Shown: positions 38,796 through 51,247 of the stretch, piece after piece
How positions within the stretch are numbered: the first letter of the stretch is position 1
Layout: each line of letters starts with the position of its first letter
Assembly (NCBI GenBank): GCA_951406725.2
Contig: OX597821.1
Coordinates: 44,764,001 to 44,828,000 of the forward strand
DNA length: 64,000 nt
Source of the DNA: Octopus vulgaris
Taxonomy: Eukaryota
Direction of reading: 5' to 3'
Notes under the pieces: model-generated
The model's input: only the letters and a program-made list of their open reading frames with translations
Database searches by the model: none
What the model was told of the DNA's origin: nothing
Made by a program: the position numbers and the translations under genes

Positions 38796-39205
38796 ACAGA
38801 AGATGTGATAATCAGGGTCAGAGTGGCGGGCAGGACCCCGCGTTGCTACAAGTGTAGCCTAAAAGGCCACATTAGAGCAGACTGTTCTCCGCCCACCCAC
38901 CCCGCCTCAAAAAAATGCACCCAAGAAAAGCCTGTAAGCAAGGAGGAAGTCGCAACTCCAGCACCAACAAAAGAAAACTCAAGTGCTGAGGAAGAAGAAG
39001 TAAACAACGAAGGAAATGATTGGGAAACGGTCGAAAGGAAAAAGAGAAAAAAGATGAAAAAGGTACCCCCTGCGGATGTCGACCCCCATCCCACCCACCC
39101 CCACTTTGCCCCATCCTCCCCCTACAGCCACCAACCTCACCCACACCCACACCGACACAAAAGAAAAACACAAACACATAAGAGCCCCAAAACTTCCCCT
39201 CCCCC
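38796..39205 (+). mobile_element. LINE ORF1-like fragment with CCHC zinc knuckle (L1/Tx1-like)
   Basis: IRVRVAGRTPRCYKCSLKGHIRADC (CX2CX4HX4C), followed by the low-complexity WETVERKKRKK region. Confidence 0.6.
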
Positions 39206-41775
39206 GGAAAAGGCGTTTTTTACTCTGTCGATAGAGACAGTCTCTTTGTTTTTCCATGAATGTCCACAGTGAACAGTTTCGGTGTGCTTTTATGAACGTG
39301 ATAGGGTCCAGTGTAAGGAGGTGTGGGCGGTCCCTTGATGGTGTCATTTCTTACAAACACGTGAGTCCAGGTAGAAATATTCGGAGATACTGCAGAGGAA
39401 ATGGACTACTCACGAGGAAGCTTCGGTAGTAGGTCAGCAAAGAATGACATGAATCGCATGACGTAAGTCGACGAGCGTCAACATTTGTCCAGGAAGTGCT
39501 AGGGTAGTGCCATTCAGGAGCTCGGCGGAGGAGTAACCTAAGTCCTCCTTGACAGCTGAGCGGCATACTTGCAGAGCAATGGGGAAAAACTCGGACCAAT
39601 GATGAGGGTCAGTAGCCGTGCGAATAGCGGCTTTGAGCTGTTGGTGGAATCGTTCCACCATTCCATTCGCGGTGGGATGGTAACTGGTGGTGTGGATGTG
39701 CTGAACTCCAAGCAATCTCGAAAGCTCACGGAACAGACAAGCTTCAATTCGGCGTCCACGATCAGTAATAATTCTAGAGGATACTCTGAAGCAAGATATT
39801 CACCCAGAGATGAGTGCTCAGGCGGAAATGTCCACGAGGAGGATGGCTTCAAGCCATCTGGAGTAACAGTTGATGCAAGTCAGTATATAAGTAAATCCAC
39901 AAGTGACCGGCCAAGGACAACCAGGTCGATGTGTATGTGACGGAACCTGGTGTCCGGCGGCTGGAAATGTCCAAGAGGTACTCTCACGTGACGATGCACT
40001 TTGGAACGCTGACATGGTAGACAGGCACGTGACCAAGCAGTAATAAACCGTCGCATATTCGGCCAGAAAGAGCAGGCCGAGATAAACTTTACTATGGCGG
40101 CAATGCTGGAGTGTGACAGTGAATACAGTGCTTCAAAAACAGCACGACGGTGGCATTCAGGAACGAGGGGTCATGGTGACCCAGGAGAAACATCGCAGAG
40201 GATGGTTCCTTCAGAAAAAGGCAAAGGCCGGTGTTCAAACTTGCAGCAGGAAAACTGTGGTGAATAGACGTCCAGAAAGTCCAAGGAGGATTGATCAGTA
40301 GCCATAGAAACCAAATCAATCGAAGCAGGAGATGGCAATGCACCGATAGGCAGGCGAGATAAGTCGTCGACAGGGATGTTGTCAGTGCCAGCGATGTGGC
40401 GAATGTCACTACTGAACTGTGATATATAATCCAGTTGCCTCGTTTCTCTGGGCGAGCAGCGGTCCATTTTTGCAAAGAGAGCGAACGTTAGCGGTTTGTA
40501 GTCGGTGAAAATCGTGAAATCTCTATCTTCAAGAAGATAAGAGAAATGTTTCACCGCCAGGTAAATTGCTAAGAATTCTTTACCAAATACACTATATCTC
40601 ATTTTGGCCTTTTTTAACTGGTGCGAGAAAAAAGCTAATGGCTGGCTTTGGCTGTTGACGGATTGCTCTAAAACTGCCCCTATAGCAGATGACGACGCGT
40701 CGACAACAAGTGACAATTTTGCATCCGGAACAGGATGAGCGACGAAGGATGCTTGAACAAGGTCAGCTTTGACAGATTTATCTCTTTACTACCCACAAGG
40801 GGCTAAACACAGAGGGGACAAACAAGGACAGACAAACGGATTAAGTCGATTACATCGACCCCAGTGCGTGACTGGTACTTAATTTATCGACCCCGAAAGG
40901 ATGAAAGGCAAAGTCGACCTCGGCGGAATTTGAACTCAGAACGCAGCGGCGGACGAAATACCGCAAAGCATTTCGCCCGGCGTGCTAACGATTCTGCCAG
41001 CTCGCCGCCTTTGACAGATTCAAAAGCTTGGATGGCTGTCGGAGACAGTGTTATCTGTGTGTCTTTCTTCTGTTGATCTTTCAATTGCTGGGTCAAAGGA
41101 AGCAACTTCTCCTCATAGTTAGGAATGAAGTGACGATAATAATTAATTAAACCAATGAAATTTCTAAGCTGTTTTAAGGAAACAAGAGGAGACAAGCATT
41201 TGATGGCTTCCACTTTAGAGGGAAGCGGACGGCTACCATCGGCGTCAATGAGATGTCCCAAGAATTCCAAACTGGTAGAACCGAAGACACACTTAGCCGG
41301 TTGATCGTCACACCATAGGAACGTAGGCGCTTGAATAGCTGAATCAAGAGTTGAAGGTGCTGGTCTGGAGTACCACTGGCGATTAAAAGGTCATCGACGT
41401 ATGCGAAGATAAAATCTAACCCACGAACGACCTCATTAATGAACCTTTGGAATGTGCTGGTCGCATTACGAAGTCCAAACGACATAGACAGGAATTCAAA
41501 CGCTCCAAAAGGCGTGGAGACAGCTGTCTTTGGTATGTCGTCGGAGTTGAAGGGGATTTGATGGTAGACACATACCAAATCGATCTTAGAAAAAATCTTA
41601 CAGCCGTGCAAAGCAGACAAAAGATCCTGGACATTAGGAAGAGGATAGCGATCTGCAACAGTGGTGTTACAACGTCTAAAATCTCCCACCGGTCGGAAAT
41701 CCGCGTCATTCTTCCTGGTCATGTGTAGGGGTGCTGCCCATGGGCTCGTGGAGGGACAAATGATGCCAAGCAGTC
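39206..41775 (-). mobile_element. Ty3/Gypsy pol relic (RT-RNaseH-integrase)
   Basis: SPWAAPLHM, FSKIDL, FAYVDDLL, VVDASSSAIGAVL, IFTDYKPL, TTSYHPTANGMVERFHQQLK and TVSIDRVKNAF occur in Gypsy order with many frameshifts. Confidence 0.95.
40779..41008 (-). mobile_element. tRNA-derived SINE (family A), full length, inserted in Gypsy pol
   Basis: 12-bp TSD ctttgacagatt (40767-40778, 41009-41020). Confidence 0.92.
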
Positions 41776-41780
41776 TGTGT

Positions 41781-41800
41781 TCACGTCGGGGGGTTACCTT
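41781..41800 (-). promoter_or_regulatory. Primer-binding site, tRNA-Trp type
   Basis: Minus strand AGGTAACCCCCCGACGTGA resembles TGGTGACCCCGACGTGAT, the complement of the tRNA-Trp 3' end. Confidence 0.65.
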
Positions 41801-42165
41801 TTTAGATGGTGTATATCATTATTGAGCCACCTAATATGACTCTCTGAAGGCTGTAATTTTGATGGTAGTAAACCCGGTTTACTACAAGCAAGGTGTTAAC
41901 ACGCTTATTGTTGTCTCACGTATATACACAATGGAATGACAAACAGAATGGTTGGTGTGAAGGGGTGATGGTCTCCTGTGCTTTGCTCCTGTCTGCTAGC
42001 TAGTGGGTGTTGAAAGAGAGACTAGATTACATCCTTACGGTTCGATGTCCTAATGCAGAAAGAGGAAGTGATGACGTGACGTATCTGAACCTCAATGTTG
42101 CGTAGCGCCCTTCCTCTGTATAGCTAGCTTCTTTACTCACTGTCAAGAGGAATAATGCACCTACA
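41801..42165 (-). mobile_element. 5' LTR of the Gypsy element
   Basis: Starts TGTAGG just where pogo coding sequence (RHGLAMR) ends and runs to the PBS. No second LTR was found. Confidence 0.65.
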
Positions 42166-42868
42166 ATTCTCATTGCCAGTCCGTGCCTCTTCATAAATCT
42201 GTAACACTAGCTTGATGTGCCGCGAAAATCATCCAGACCTCGTGCTGCTGCCCTCACTTTTGATTCATTAATAATCATTTTTATTGATACTGCAAGACCC
42301 GAATTTCTCTTTGTAACTATCCACTTCTTCACCTCTTGTTCCACTTCTGGCCACTTAGCTGCACTCTGTATAGCTAGCTTCTTTACTCACTGTCAAGAGG
42401 AATAATGCACCTACAATTCTCATTGCCAGTCCGTGCCTCTTCATAAATCTGTAACACTAGCTTGATGTGCCGCGAAAATCATCCAGACCTCGTGCTGCTG
42501 CCCTCACTTTTGATTCATTAATAATCATTTTTATTGATACTGCAAGACCCGAATTTCTCTTTGTAACTATCCACTTCTTCACCTCTTGTTCCACTTCTGG
42601 CCACTTAGCTGCACTCTGTATAGCTAGCTTCTTTACTCACTGTCAAGAGGAATAATGCACCTACAATTCTCATTGCCAGTCCGTGCCTCTTCATAAATAT
42701 GTAACACTAGCTTGATGTGCCGCGAAAATCATCCAGACCTCGTGCTGCTGCCCTCACTTTTGATTCATTAATAATCATTTTTATTGATACTGCAAGACCC
42801 GAATTTCTCTTTGTAACTATCCACTTCTTCACCTCTTGTTCCACTTCTGGCCACTTAGCTGCACTCTG
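42114..42868. repeat. Tandem repeat, 3 x 250 bp
   Basis: Units start at 42114, 42364 and 42614 and are nearly identical; 5-bp microhomology ctctg at the ends. Confidence 0.97.
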
Positions 42869-43060
42869 ATGTAGGTCACTTTTAAGTCGTGTTGCAGGCT
42901 TCAACAGGTCCTCTTGTCTCTTCCAGTAGCGAATCATTTTCTCAGTTAGTGGTGCTCCAAGATGCCTCTCTGCAGCCCCGTTGCCATGCTGTTTGGCATA
43001 TTCAATCACTTGTAGCTTGTAGCCAATTGTGTAAGAGTATCTTCTACTTGAGGTTGCCAT
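42666..43060 (-). pseudogene. pogo-family transposase, N-terminal DNA-binding part (Brinker-like plus CENP-B-type HTH)
   Basis: MATSSRRYSYTIGYKLQVIEYAKQHGNGAAERH...AKWPEVEQEVKKWIVTKRNSGLAVS...FRGTSS*CYRFMKRHGLAMR. Confidence 0.88.
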
Positions 43061-43799
43061 AATAACGGTTATGCCAAAAAATTTTTAAGTAAAATCTTCT
43101 GAAGTTGTAGGTCTAGGTTTGAACTGGTTAAGACCATGGCGTTCAGACTATGTTGCTGTCTGAACACAACACGTTTCATCATAGAAAGTGAGTAAGTGAT
43201 TACGATATTATTGTTATTAATATTTGCATGTAAATCTTTTTAATATACCGTGGTTTCACTTCTTTCATCACTTAATAATGTTCCGTTAAAGTTAGATTTT
43301 TTGAAGAGAGTGACAATATCGACAATATCTATATTGTCGATATTGTCACTCATTGGCATATCTTAATTCCAGAGGAAAATTATCTATGCTAAACAGTAAT
43401 CTGAACCCCTGTATATGACTGTTCAGTGAAGTGTACAAATTATAATTTGTTAAAGTAATAAATAAACAAAAGTATTATCATTTAAAAAAGAAAATATATG
43501 CAATCAGAGAAGTTCGTTCCTGTGTGGGCAGAGTATGTAAGACGAGGCAACTGATGAGTGATAGTTTACAATATTTCGAGAATTATACAACTGTCCTTGA
43601 TTATGGTAATTTTATTATATTATTACTATAAATCTAATAAGCTGACCCGCCACTTCTGTTATTCCTGATTGAAAGAGATGGTTGTAACAGCACTTTGAAC
43701 ACACTCTACTAAACACTACTTGTCACAGCCGACTAAATATTGCTTATCTCAATTCCATCCAGTGGTGACCAACTACTTGGCAGGGATGGGCAACAAAAG

Positions 43800-43970
43800 A
43801 CACTGAGAAGATAGAAGCTGTGACAAGGTTCCTGAACATCTTCACTTTGGAGGATTCCACGCAGCCTTCATGAAGTGGCTGGAGTGCTACAACAAGTGCA
43901 TTGAATCAGAGAATTTTACTTTGAAGGAGATAGAGTCTTGTACTTTTTTGAAATTAGTAAATGTTTCTTC
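43800..43970 (+). mobile_element. mariner transposase 3' fragment
   Basis: EDSTQ/FHAAFMKWLECYNKCIE..YFEGD-like C-terminus. Confidence 0.5.
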
Positions 43971-43974
43971 TGGA

Positions 43975-44165
43975 ATCATCATCATCATCATCATCGTTTA
44001 ACGTCCGTTTTCCGTGCTAGCATGGGTTGGACGGTTCAACCGGGGTCTGGGAAGCCAGGAGGCTGCACCAGGCTCCAGTCTGATCTGGCAGTGTTTCTAG
44101 GATGCCCTTCCTAACGCCAACCACTCCGTGAGTGTAGTGGGTGCTTTTTAAGTGCCACCGGCACG
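43975..44165 (-). mobile_element. RTE 3'-end repeat (young)
   Basis: (CAT)n tail plus the family signature. Confidence 0.85.
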
Positions 44166-45169
44166 CATCTCGTATATATTTGCATGAGAGTCATTTGTAA
44201 TATTTAAACATGATCAAAGGTAGATGTATTGGCAGAATTGTTTGAATGTTGAGCATAATACATTGCAATACTTGCTTTGGCTCTTTGTTTTCTGAGTTCA
44301 ACCCTTGCTGAGGTCAACCTTTTATCTCACTGGGACTGATAAAAGAAAGTACCAGTAAAATACTGAGGTAGATGGGATCAATTGACCCGTCACTCCTCAA
44401 AATTGCTAACCTTGTGCCTACATTAGGCTCAAGGCTAACGATGGTGGTGGTGATATCAGCAATAGTGTTAGTGGTTGTGGAGAAGGAGAGAATGAGTAGA
44501 CTAGAAGGATGTAACTAACTTCTATCTTCTCTGAAGTCTCGTTTCATCAGCTCATGTAATTTTTTCCCCTAACCTGTTGATATTTCTTTTAATCTAACTC
44601 ATTATAACCTAAAAATCAAGATAACTCTTATGCATCAGGCTGATTGAGAGATAGGCTTAAGCCAATGCCTGGTTTACACCACCACTCAGCCCTTGGATGC
44701 CTTCAGTAAAGTCCATTCTGAGCAGTCTCTGGTCTGGTGAAAACATCCTCTCATCCTCTCACCAGTCTTAGAAACCCAGAAGTGAATAATGGTTGTTGCT
44801 CTTCCTCCAATGAGGAAATATTAAATAAGAATGTTTAAAAATTAATTATCTTAACCTAAAAAATATAATGGATAGAACAAGGTAAATGTCAGCCATTACC
44901 ATTTCTAACAACTTGTTGATGAGTCAAAGAGAAATGTGTCCTTATGTAAGGACATACACATATATGTATAATTTACAGGTGGTGACAAGACTTTCGGACC
45001 ACCCTGTAGAAGGTGCCTCTATGTCAAAGATTAACTAGAGAGATATTCCTCTATCACAGACCATTAATATATCTTATTTTAGAACCAAATAATACCAATA
45101 CAGCCCTTCACTAGTAGTAGTCTCTCAATTCTAGGATTTATCCAAAATGAAGACATCTTTCTTTACATG

Positions 45170-45356
45170 ACCACACAACCTGCAAAAAATAGCCTCAAAT
45201 CTCCTTTACATTATCTCTCACTATTTTACAAAAAGACATATGAGATAATGCCATTGTGGGTTGCGTGTACTTAGCAAAAAGATGGAATAGTCATGGCTGG
45301 AATACTTTTGATCATAGGTCTAATTAATCAGGATGACCTGGAGCTAAACAATAACA
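45170..45356 (+). repeat. Old dispersed repeat with (CAA)n-like end; other copies near 6770-6960, 9400-9750, 16460-16630, 30100-30440, 34620-34900, 35890-36050 and 61950-62155
   Basis: Recurring aaatagcagccaaatctc...tcatggctggaat..ctttgatcataggtct...gacctggggctaaacaacaac pattern on both strands. Confidence 0.6.
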
Positions 45357-46359
45357 AATTGTTAAAATTGTTTGCAGTTCATTCTTTCATAGTCCCCGGT
45401 ATCAGCTAAATCAATATTTTATTTAATTGCCAATAACTGTTATTATATTAGTTTACTACTGCCAACTCAATAAATTGTGGATCTAGCTATAATTGCTCTA
45501 AATAATCCTATTATCTTCAGTAATTAGCCAAATTGATACTGTTTTGAAACTATTTAACTGACATGAAAAGACTAGCATGACATGAGATTTCACAGTCCTT
45601 TGTATTTACCAACAACTCTGCTTAACAGAGAGAACAGTGTGCTTATATTCTAAATATTATCATAACCTAGAAGAAAGAAAAGACTATTGCCACTGCTAGC
45701 ATACAACTTCCTATGATAATGTGCATACACATAAGGAAAAGTAGGTGAGATAGTTTGATGTGTTTAACAGTCACAACACCCCTCTAAATTAAGAAAATCC
45801 CTGTTGTTATTTGCTTAACCTCAAATCAGTTTCCATTTAACAAATCTATGATTAAAAGGCATTCATTCACGCATTGGTCAACTAATATTTTTATAAAGTC
45901 TGTGTATCCAGTACTACATTATTTAGTGTTTCCTTTCTTTAAGAACTGAAAAGCAGAGGTTGTTAACCTCGGTGATTATATCTACTTGGGAATTTTGCCA
46001 GCTCATAAGGCTCACAGATATCAGAAGGGATTTATGAAGCGGACACTTGGTGTTTCAAGGGCAAGGTTAGGATTTCTCTCTTTTTTTTTTTTTAGAAATA
46101 AATTCCTATTCCAGTGTAAACACATTTTCAGATAAATATTTGTTTAGATTAAATTATAAATCTGACTGATAAGATCTGGCTTGGCACAAGACTAATTTTA
46201 GTTCTGGGAATAAAATTACTGATGCTGACTTTATACAAGAGGAAAATAAACTTATGTATTGTTCCAAGCAGAATTTGAAGTCAGATCTGAATAGTAATAC
46301 TGTACAGTTCTAGTTATTTCTATGGCATTCATAATGAAGAATATGAAATACCACCTTAA

Positions 46360-46581
46360 CCCTTTTGATACCAACCCAGCCAAAACCGACTCTGGCTCTG
46401 TAGTACAAATGTCTTGTTTTCATAAGTATTGAATTAAAATATACCACCAAACCTTAGTCACAATTTATGTTCCCAACACTAGCTTAATGATAACTAAGTT
46501 CTTTTATTAAATTCTTTGTTATATTTAAAATTAATTGAATGAAACACAGAGCATCTCAAAATAAATACGGTAACGAAAGGG
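46360..46581. mobile_element. piggyBac-type MITE (family 1)
   Basis: TTAA|CCCTTTTGATACC ... GGTAACGAAAGGG|TTAA. Confidence 0.8.
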
Positions 46582-47130
46582 TTAAAAAGAACCTGTCGGG
46601 ATACAGAATTTTTCATCATGAAAAAGCAGATGTAAAAACAAACCCAATGGTCATAGGTTCAAACATAGTAGCTAAAGTAAAAGTGTTACTCTAAAGATAC
46701 ATCTTGTTTGCTCCAGAAAAGCATAATAAAAGAAAAAAAAATGCATGATAGGGAGAAGGATGACAATGATGAAGATGATGATAATGTTAAGAAAGATGCA
46801 GAGAGATTTGAAAATAATTTTCATGCTTGAATCTTCAAACTGAACAGGATGAGTTAGCAGGAAAGCTATATGTCTGATTCACTGAATGAGCTAAATGAAC
46901 TTGAAAGAAGGGGGAAAAAAAAAAGAAGAAAAAACTGTGTAATTTGAGAGTTGCCATGTGTTAGAATCATTAAGTGTTGCGTGCAAAAAGCATGTAGTGA
47001 GAATGGAACTGATGGGAAAATTAGTCAGTCAAGGGCAGAAAATAGAAAAAGACTTGGAAAAAGTAAGTGAGCAACATCTGAACTTGTGAAAGTTCAGAAC
47101 ATTATATCATACAGAAGAAATTGCATAAGA

Positions 47131-47165
<35 letters not shown>

Positions 47166-47290
47166 GGTAAGCATGAGGTGGGAAGAGAAAATTCTGTAAA
47201 ACTATCCAACTTATGATAACTGGGAAAACATTTTGGAACTAAGAACTACTACTACTAGCAGTGGCGGTGGCAGCGATGGTGCTGGTGCTG

Positions 47291-47342
<52 letters not shown>
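47291..47342. repeat. (GTA)n microsatellite
   Basis: Read directly from the sequence. Confidence 0.95.
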
Positions 47343-48249
47343 CGACAGGGCGTGGAGATACTGTTGAGATAAATATGATGATAGTGGTGAGTTTATGATG
47401 GTGATAAGGCTAAGATGATGATGGGGTGAGGCAAGTTAGAGTGATGGCAATGTAGGGGATGGTTGTGGTGTTTGGAGCGATGACATAGCAAGCAGCAAGC
47501 TAGTTTCCATTCCCACCTGAAGCCATTTCTCATCCTTGATGTCACAAATGCCCTTCAATTAGGTCACAAATGTCAACAATCTCACTTCCGCTTTCTCCCC
47601 TCTCCCCCACAAACCTTTTATCACATGTGAAAAGCAAGGTGATTACACCGAACAAGTGCACTGAAATACCAGCTGAAGATTTAGCAGTTTATATCCTGTT
47701 TCCACCACTTTCCCTCATATACTCTACTACGCTAGCAGGAGTTGCACTCAGAACATGAGGAATTGAAATGCCATTCCACATTTTGTCCAATCCTCTACTG
47801 TCTTTACCAATTCCAAGAACTTGCTATTTTTGTTTCCTATACTTTACATCTAGAATCCCCCACACACACATTTACACACACCAATAAGAACTGATATGGG
47901 AGGTGCGATGGTTTACCTGTTGTAAGTAATTGTTTCCACAGCTGCTTGTCTTTCTCTGCCACTTTCTATTCAACTGTGAAGTAGGAGTGAAGCATTTATT
48001 TGTTGTTCACTCACACAAATTTGAACCAACAGAATTCTGTAGAATGACATCTGTTGAAACAATAATGTGGTTGTTTTATTTGCCTCCAGAGTAATGGCTG
48101 CTGACAGAATAATGAAAATAAATTACTTTTTTTTTTTTTTAAATTGCTACAAGAGGACTGGATACTGGGTACTAATTACATACATAAAAGACAGTGTGTG
48201 TATGTGAGGGTGGGTGTTAATATTGAATCACACAAAAGAATAGATACTT

Positions 48250-48558
<309 letters not shown>

Positions 48559-48559
48559 A

Positions 48560-49839
48560 TTAGGTCATCAAGTATGAAATTTTAGAGAAAATAGCAGATA
48601 AACTTTGACAGTTGCTCATTTTACACCATCATTATATTTTGACAATCTTTATATTTTGTTATAAAAGCTGACACATCTATTTCTTTATTCTAACTCATTT
48701 TGCGCTTTATAAAGTATTTATAAATCATTTTTTTTTTACTATTTTTGTTTAGAGATGGATAAGTCAGAAATTCGTACAGTTTTGAAATATGAGTTCTTTC
48801 TTGGAAATACAGCATTATGGACAGCTCTGAATACTAATGGAGTATTTCATTCTAATGTTATTACATAGTAGATAGTATCAAATTGGTTTGCAAAATTTCA
48901 TTCTGGTAACTTTAACCTCACAAATGAGCAATGCGGTCAACCAGAAACAAAGGTGGATAATGACAAACTGAAAGCCATCATTGAGTCAGATCCATCTCAA
49001 AGCGCCCGTGAATTAACATTGTTGTTTTGTGTTAGCAAGCAAACAATATTGACTCACCTAGTTCAAATCGGTAAAGTGAAAAAGTTGGATAAGAGGGTTC
49101 CACATGAACTCAATGAAAATCAGAAACAGCAACGTTTGGAAGCCTGCATTATGCTACTTTCATGTCACAAAAATGTATCATTTTTTAATTGAATTGTAAC
49201 ATGTGATGAGAAATGGATCCAATACAACAGCTATAAACGTTCAGCACAATGGTTGGACAAAGATGAGCCACCGAAACACAGTCCAAAAAGCAAAATTCAT
49301 CAAAAGAAGCTGATGGTGTGTGTTTGATGGTCTGGTGCAGGTGTGATCCATTATGATTTTATTAAACCTGGCTCACCAATCATGGCCAAATATACTGCAT
49401 CCAGCTGGACCTAATGATGCAGAAACTTACAAAAAAACAGCCTAGTTTAGTTGACAGATCCACTTCTATTTTATTGCAAGACAACGCCAGACCACACATT
49501 GCAAAAATGACATTGGCAAAACTACAGGAGTTGGAGTTGGAAGTTCTCCATCATCCACCATACTCACCTGATCTTGCTCCCACTGACTACTTCTCCCAGA
49601 ATTTGGATAATTTTTTGATAGGAAAAAATCGAATTCTGATGATGCTATAAAACAGGTCTTCCAAGATTTAATTGACTTTAGATTGCTTTTACAGTTCCAG
49701 ACTGGACAAGCTATTGCTGAAATGGCAAAAATGTATTGACAATATGGGTGCATACTTTGATAAATAAAACTATTCCTTGTATTTATAAAAAATTAGCAAA
49801 CTTTTTTCTTTTCTACAACTTTCATACTTGATGTCCTAA
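48560..49839 (+). mobile_element. Full-length mariner (DD34D) element with transposase pseudogene ~48755-49767
   Basis: TA|TTAGGTCATCAAGTATGAAA ... TTTCATACTTGATGTCCTAA|TA, 1280 bp. Motifs RVPHEL, TCDEKW, LQDNARPH and HPPYSPDLAPTDY are present with stops. Confidence 0.95.
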
Positions 49840-49908
49840 TATATAGTATGTGTGTGTTTGTGTGCATGTATGCATATTTGTATATATTTGTATATATGTA
49901 TATATGTG

Positions 49909-49953
<45 letters not shown>

Positions 49954-51247
49954 ACAATGGGTAATTGTCAGGAAAGTTACGTATGAAACAGTTTTTTCAC
50001 ACGTAACTTTCCAATAGATGAATGAGAACATTACTACGTAACAAAAGACTGTAATCAATAGATAAGAGGTAATTTTACAAACTAAAGAATATAGCAGGCT
50101 GAAGTCTGTCAAGGCCAACTATGAAATGAGAGAATGACCTGCTAAGTTGGCCGTTAAGGTTAAAAATATAGTTCTTCAAAGTGTGTAAATATATCTAAGA
50201 TCAGTGACCTGGATAAGAAAGGAGTCTGCTATACTAGTCATAGGTAGACTGGAGTGGGGTGTAGGTAGGTAATATTTTATTATAGTAAGCTTAGAGCAAT
50301 GGGAAATAAGGAGAGGTCCTAATATAAATTAAGGATAAAGAAAGACTAAATAAAACTAAAGTAAGGGTGAAGAAAACATAAAAGCAGACAAGCCAATTAG
50401 GCATAGGGTCATGGTATAGGAATCGTTAGCTAATGCTAAATGACAAAGTGAGTGGGGCAGAGATACACAGAATTTAGAAGTATTCTGTGGACATTTGGTT
50501 GGAAGTTGAGAGAGAGAGTTTGAAGGCAATCAAATAATAAGATCTAACTTTTATGGAATTGAAGTTTTAGTATAAGTAGAGTACTACTTATCAATAAGGA
50601 GTTTAAAGTAGGATGGGGTTATATAATGAACTACACTTTGTACAGAGTTAGAGAAAATAGCAGATCAGATATCAAAGAAAGCCAGCAATAGAAAGTAGGC
50701 TAATGATTAACAATATGGAATGCTATACAGGTGGTGTTGATATTATTTAATTAGATAGTATAATCACTTTTGTCTGAATCAGGTAAAGCAACTCCAGACA
50801 ATAGTTATGAGTACGAGGTTTGGATAGTGTGTTCTACCTATTATTTAAGAAGCACAGCTCAAAAAAGCTGTATCTTGGTGTAAGGAATACATACCTAGTA
50901 GAAATGGAAGAGAACTGGCTAGGGTGTGCAAACTGTTACTTCTAGATTAGATATCTTTGCTATCAGTATTGTATAATACCAGGTACACCATAGATAGGAG
51001 GGTTAGTTGCATACCATGCAAGTATAGTAAGAGCAGTTAGAAAGTAATATAAAGGGAAAACGACACAAGGACTCAGAAACAAATAGGTAAATTGATTGAC
51101 TATTGAGTCAGCAAAAGAGGGAGTAAATTAGATTGGCCCTAGGCTGGAAGCTATTATAGAGATTATTTAATGTCCTTAAAATATTTAAATGTGTGGGTAG
51201 CCTTATGTATACAGGAAAGAGGAAGGTCTAGTTTATTATTTAGTAGA

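Noticed and set aside
42707-43060. POGK-like domesticated gene
   Set aside because: Premature TAG at a conserved Trp, interruption by a Gypsy element and a frameshifted DDE domain.
43551-43590. Isolated CTGATGA motifs (also ~751, ~4510, ~29418) as hammerheads
   Set aside because: No stem II or GAAAC-GTC in the required arrangement.
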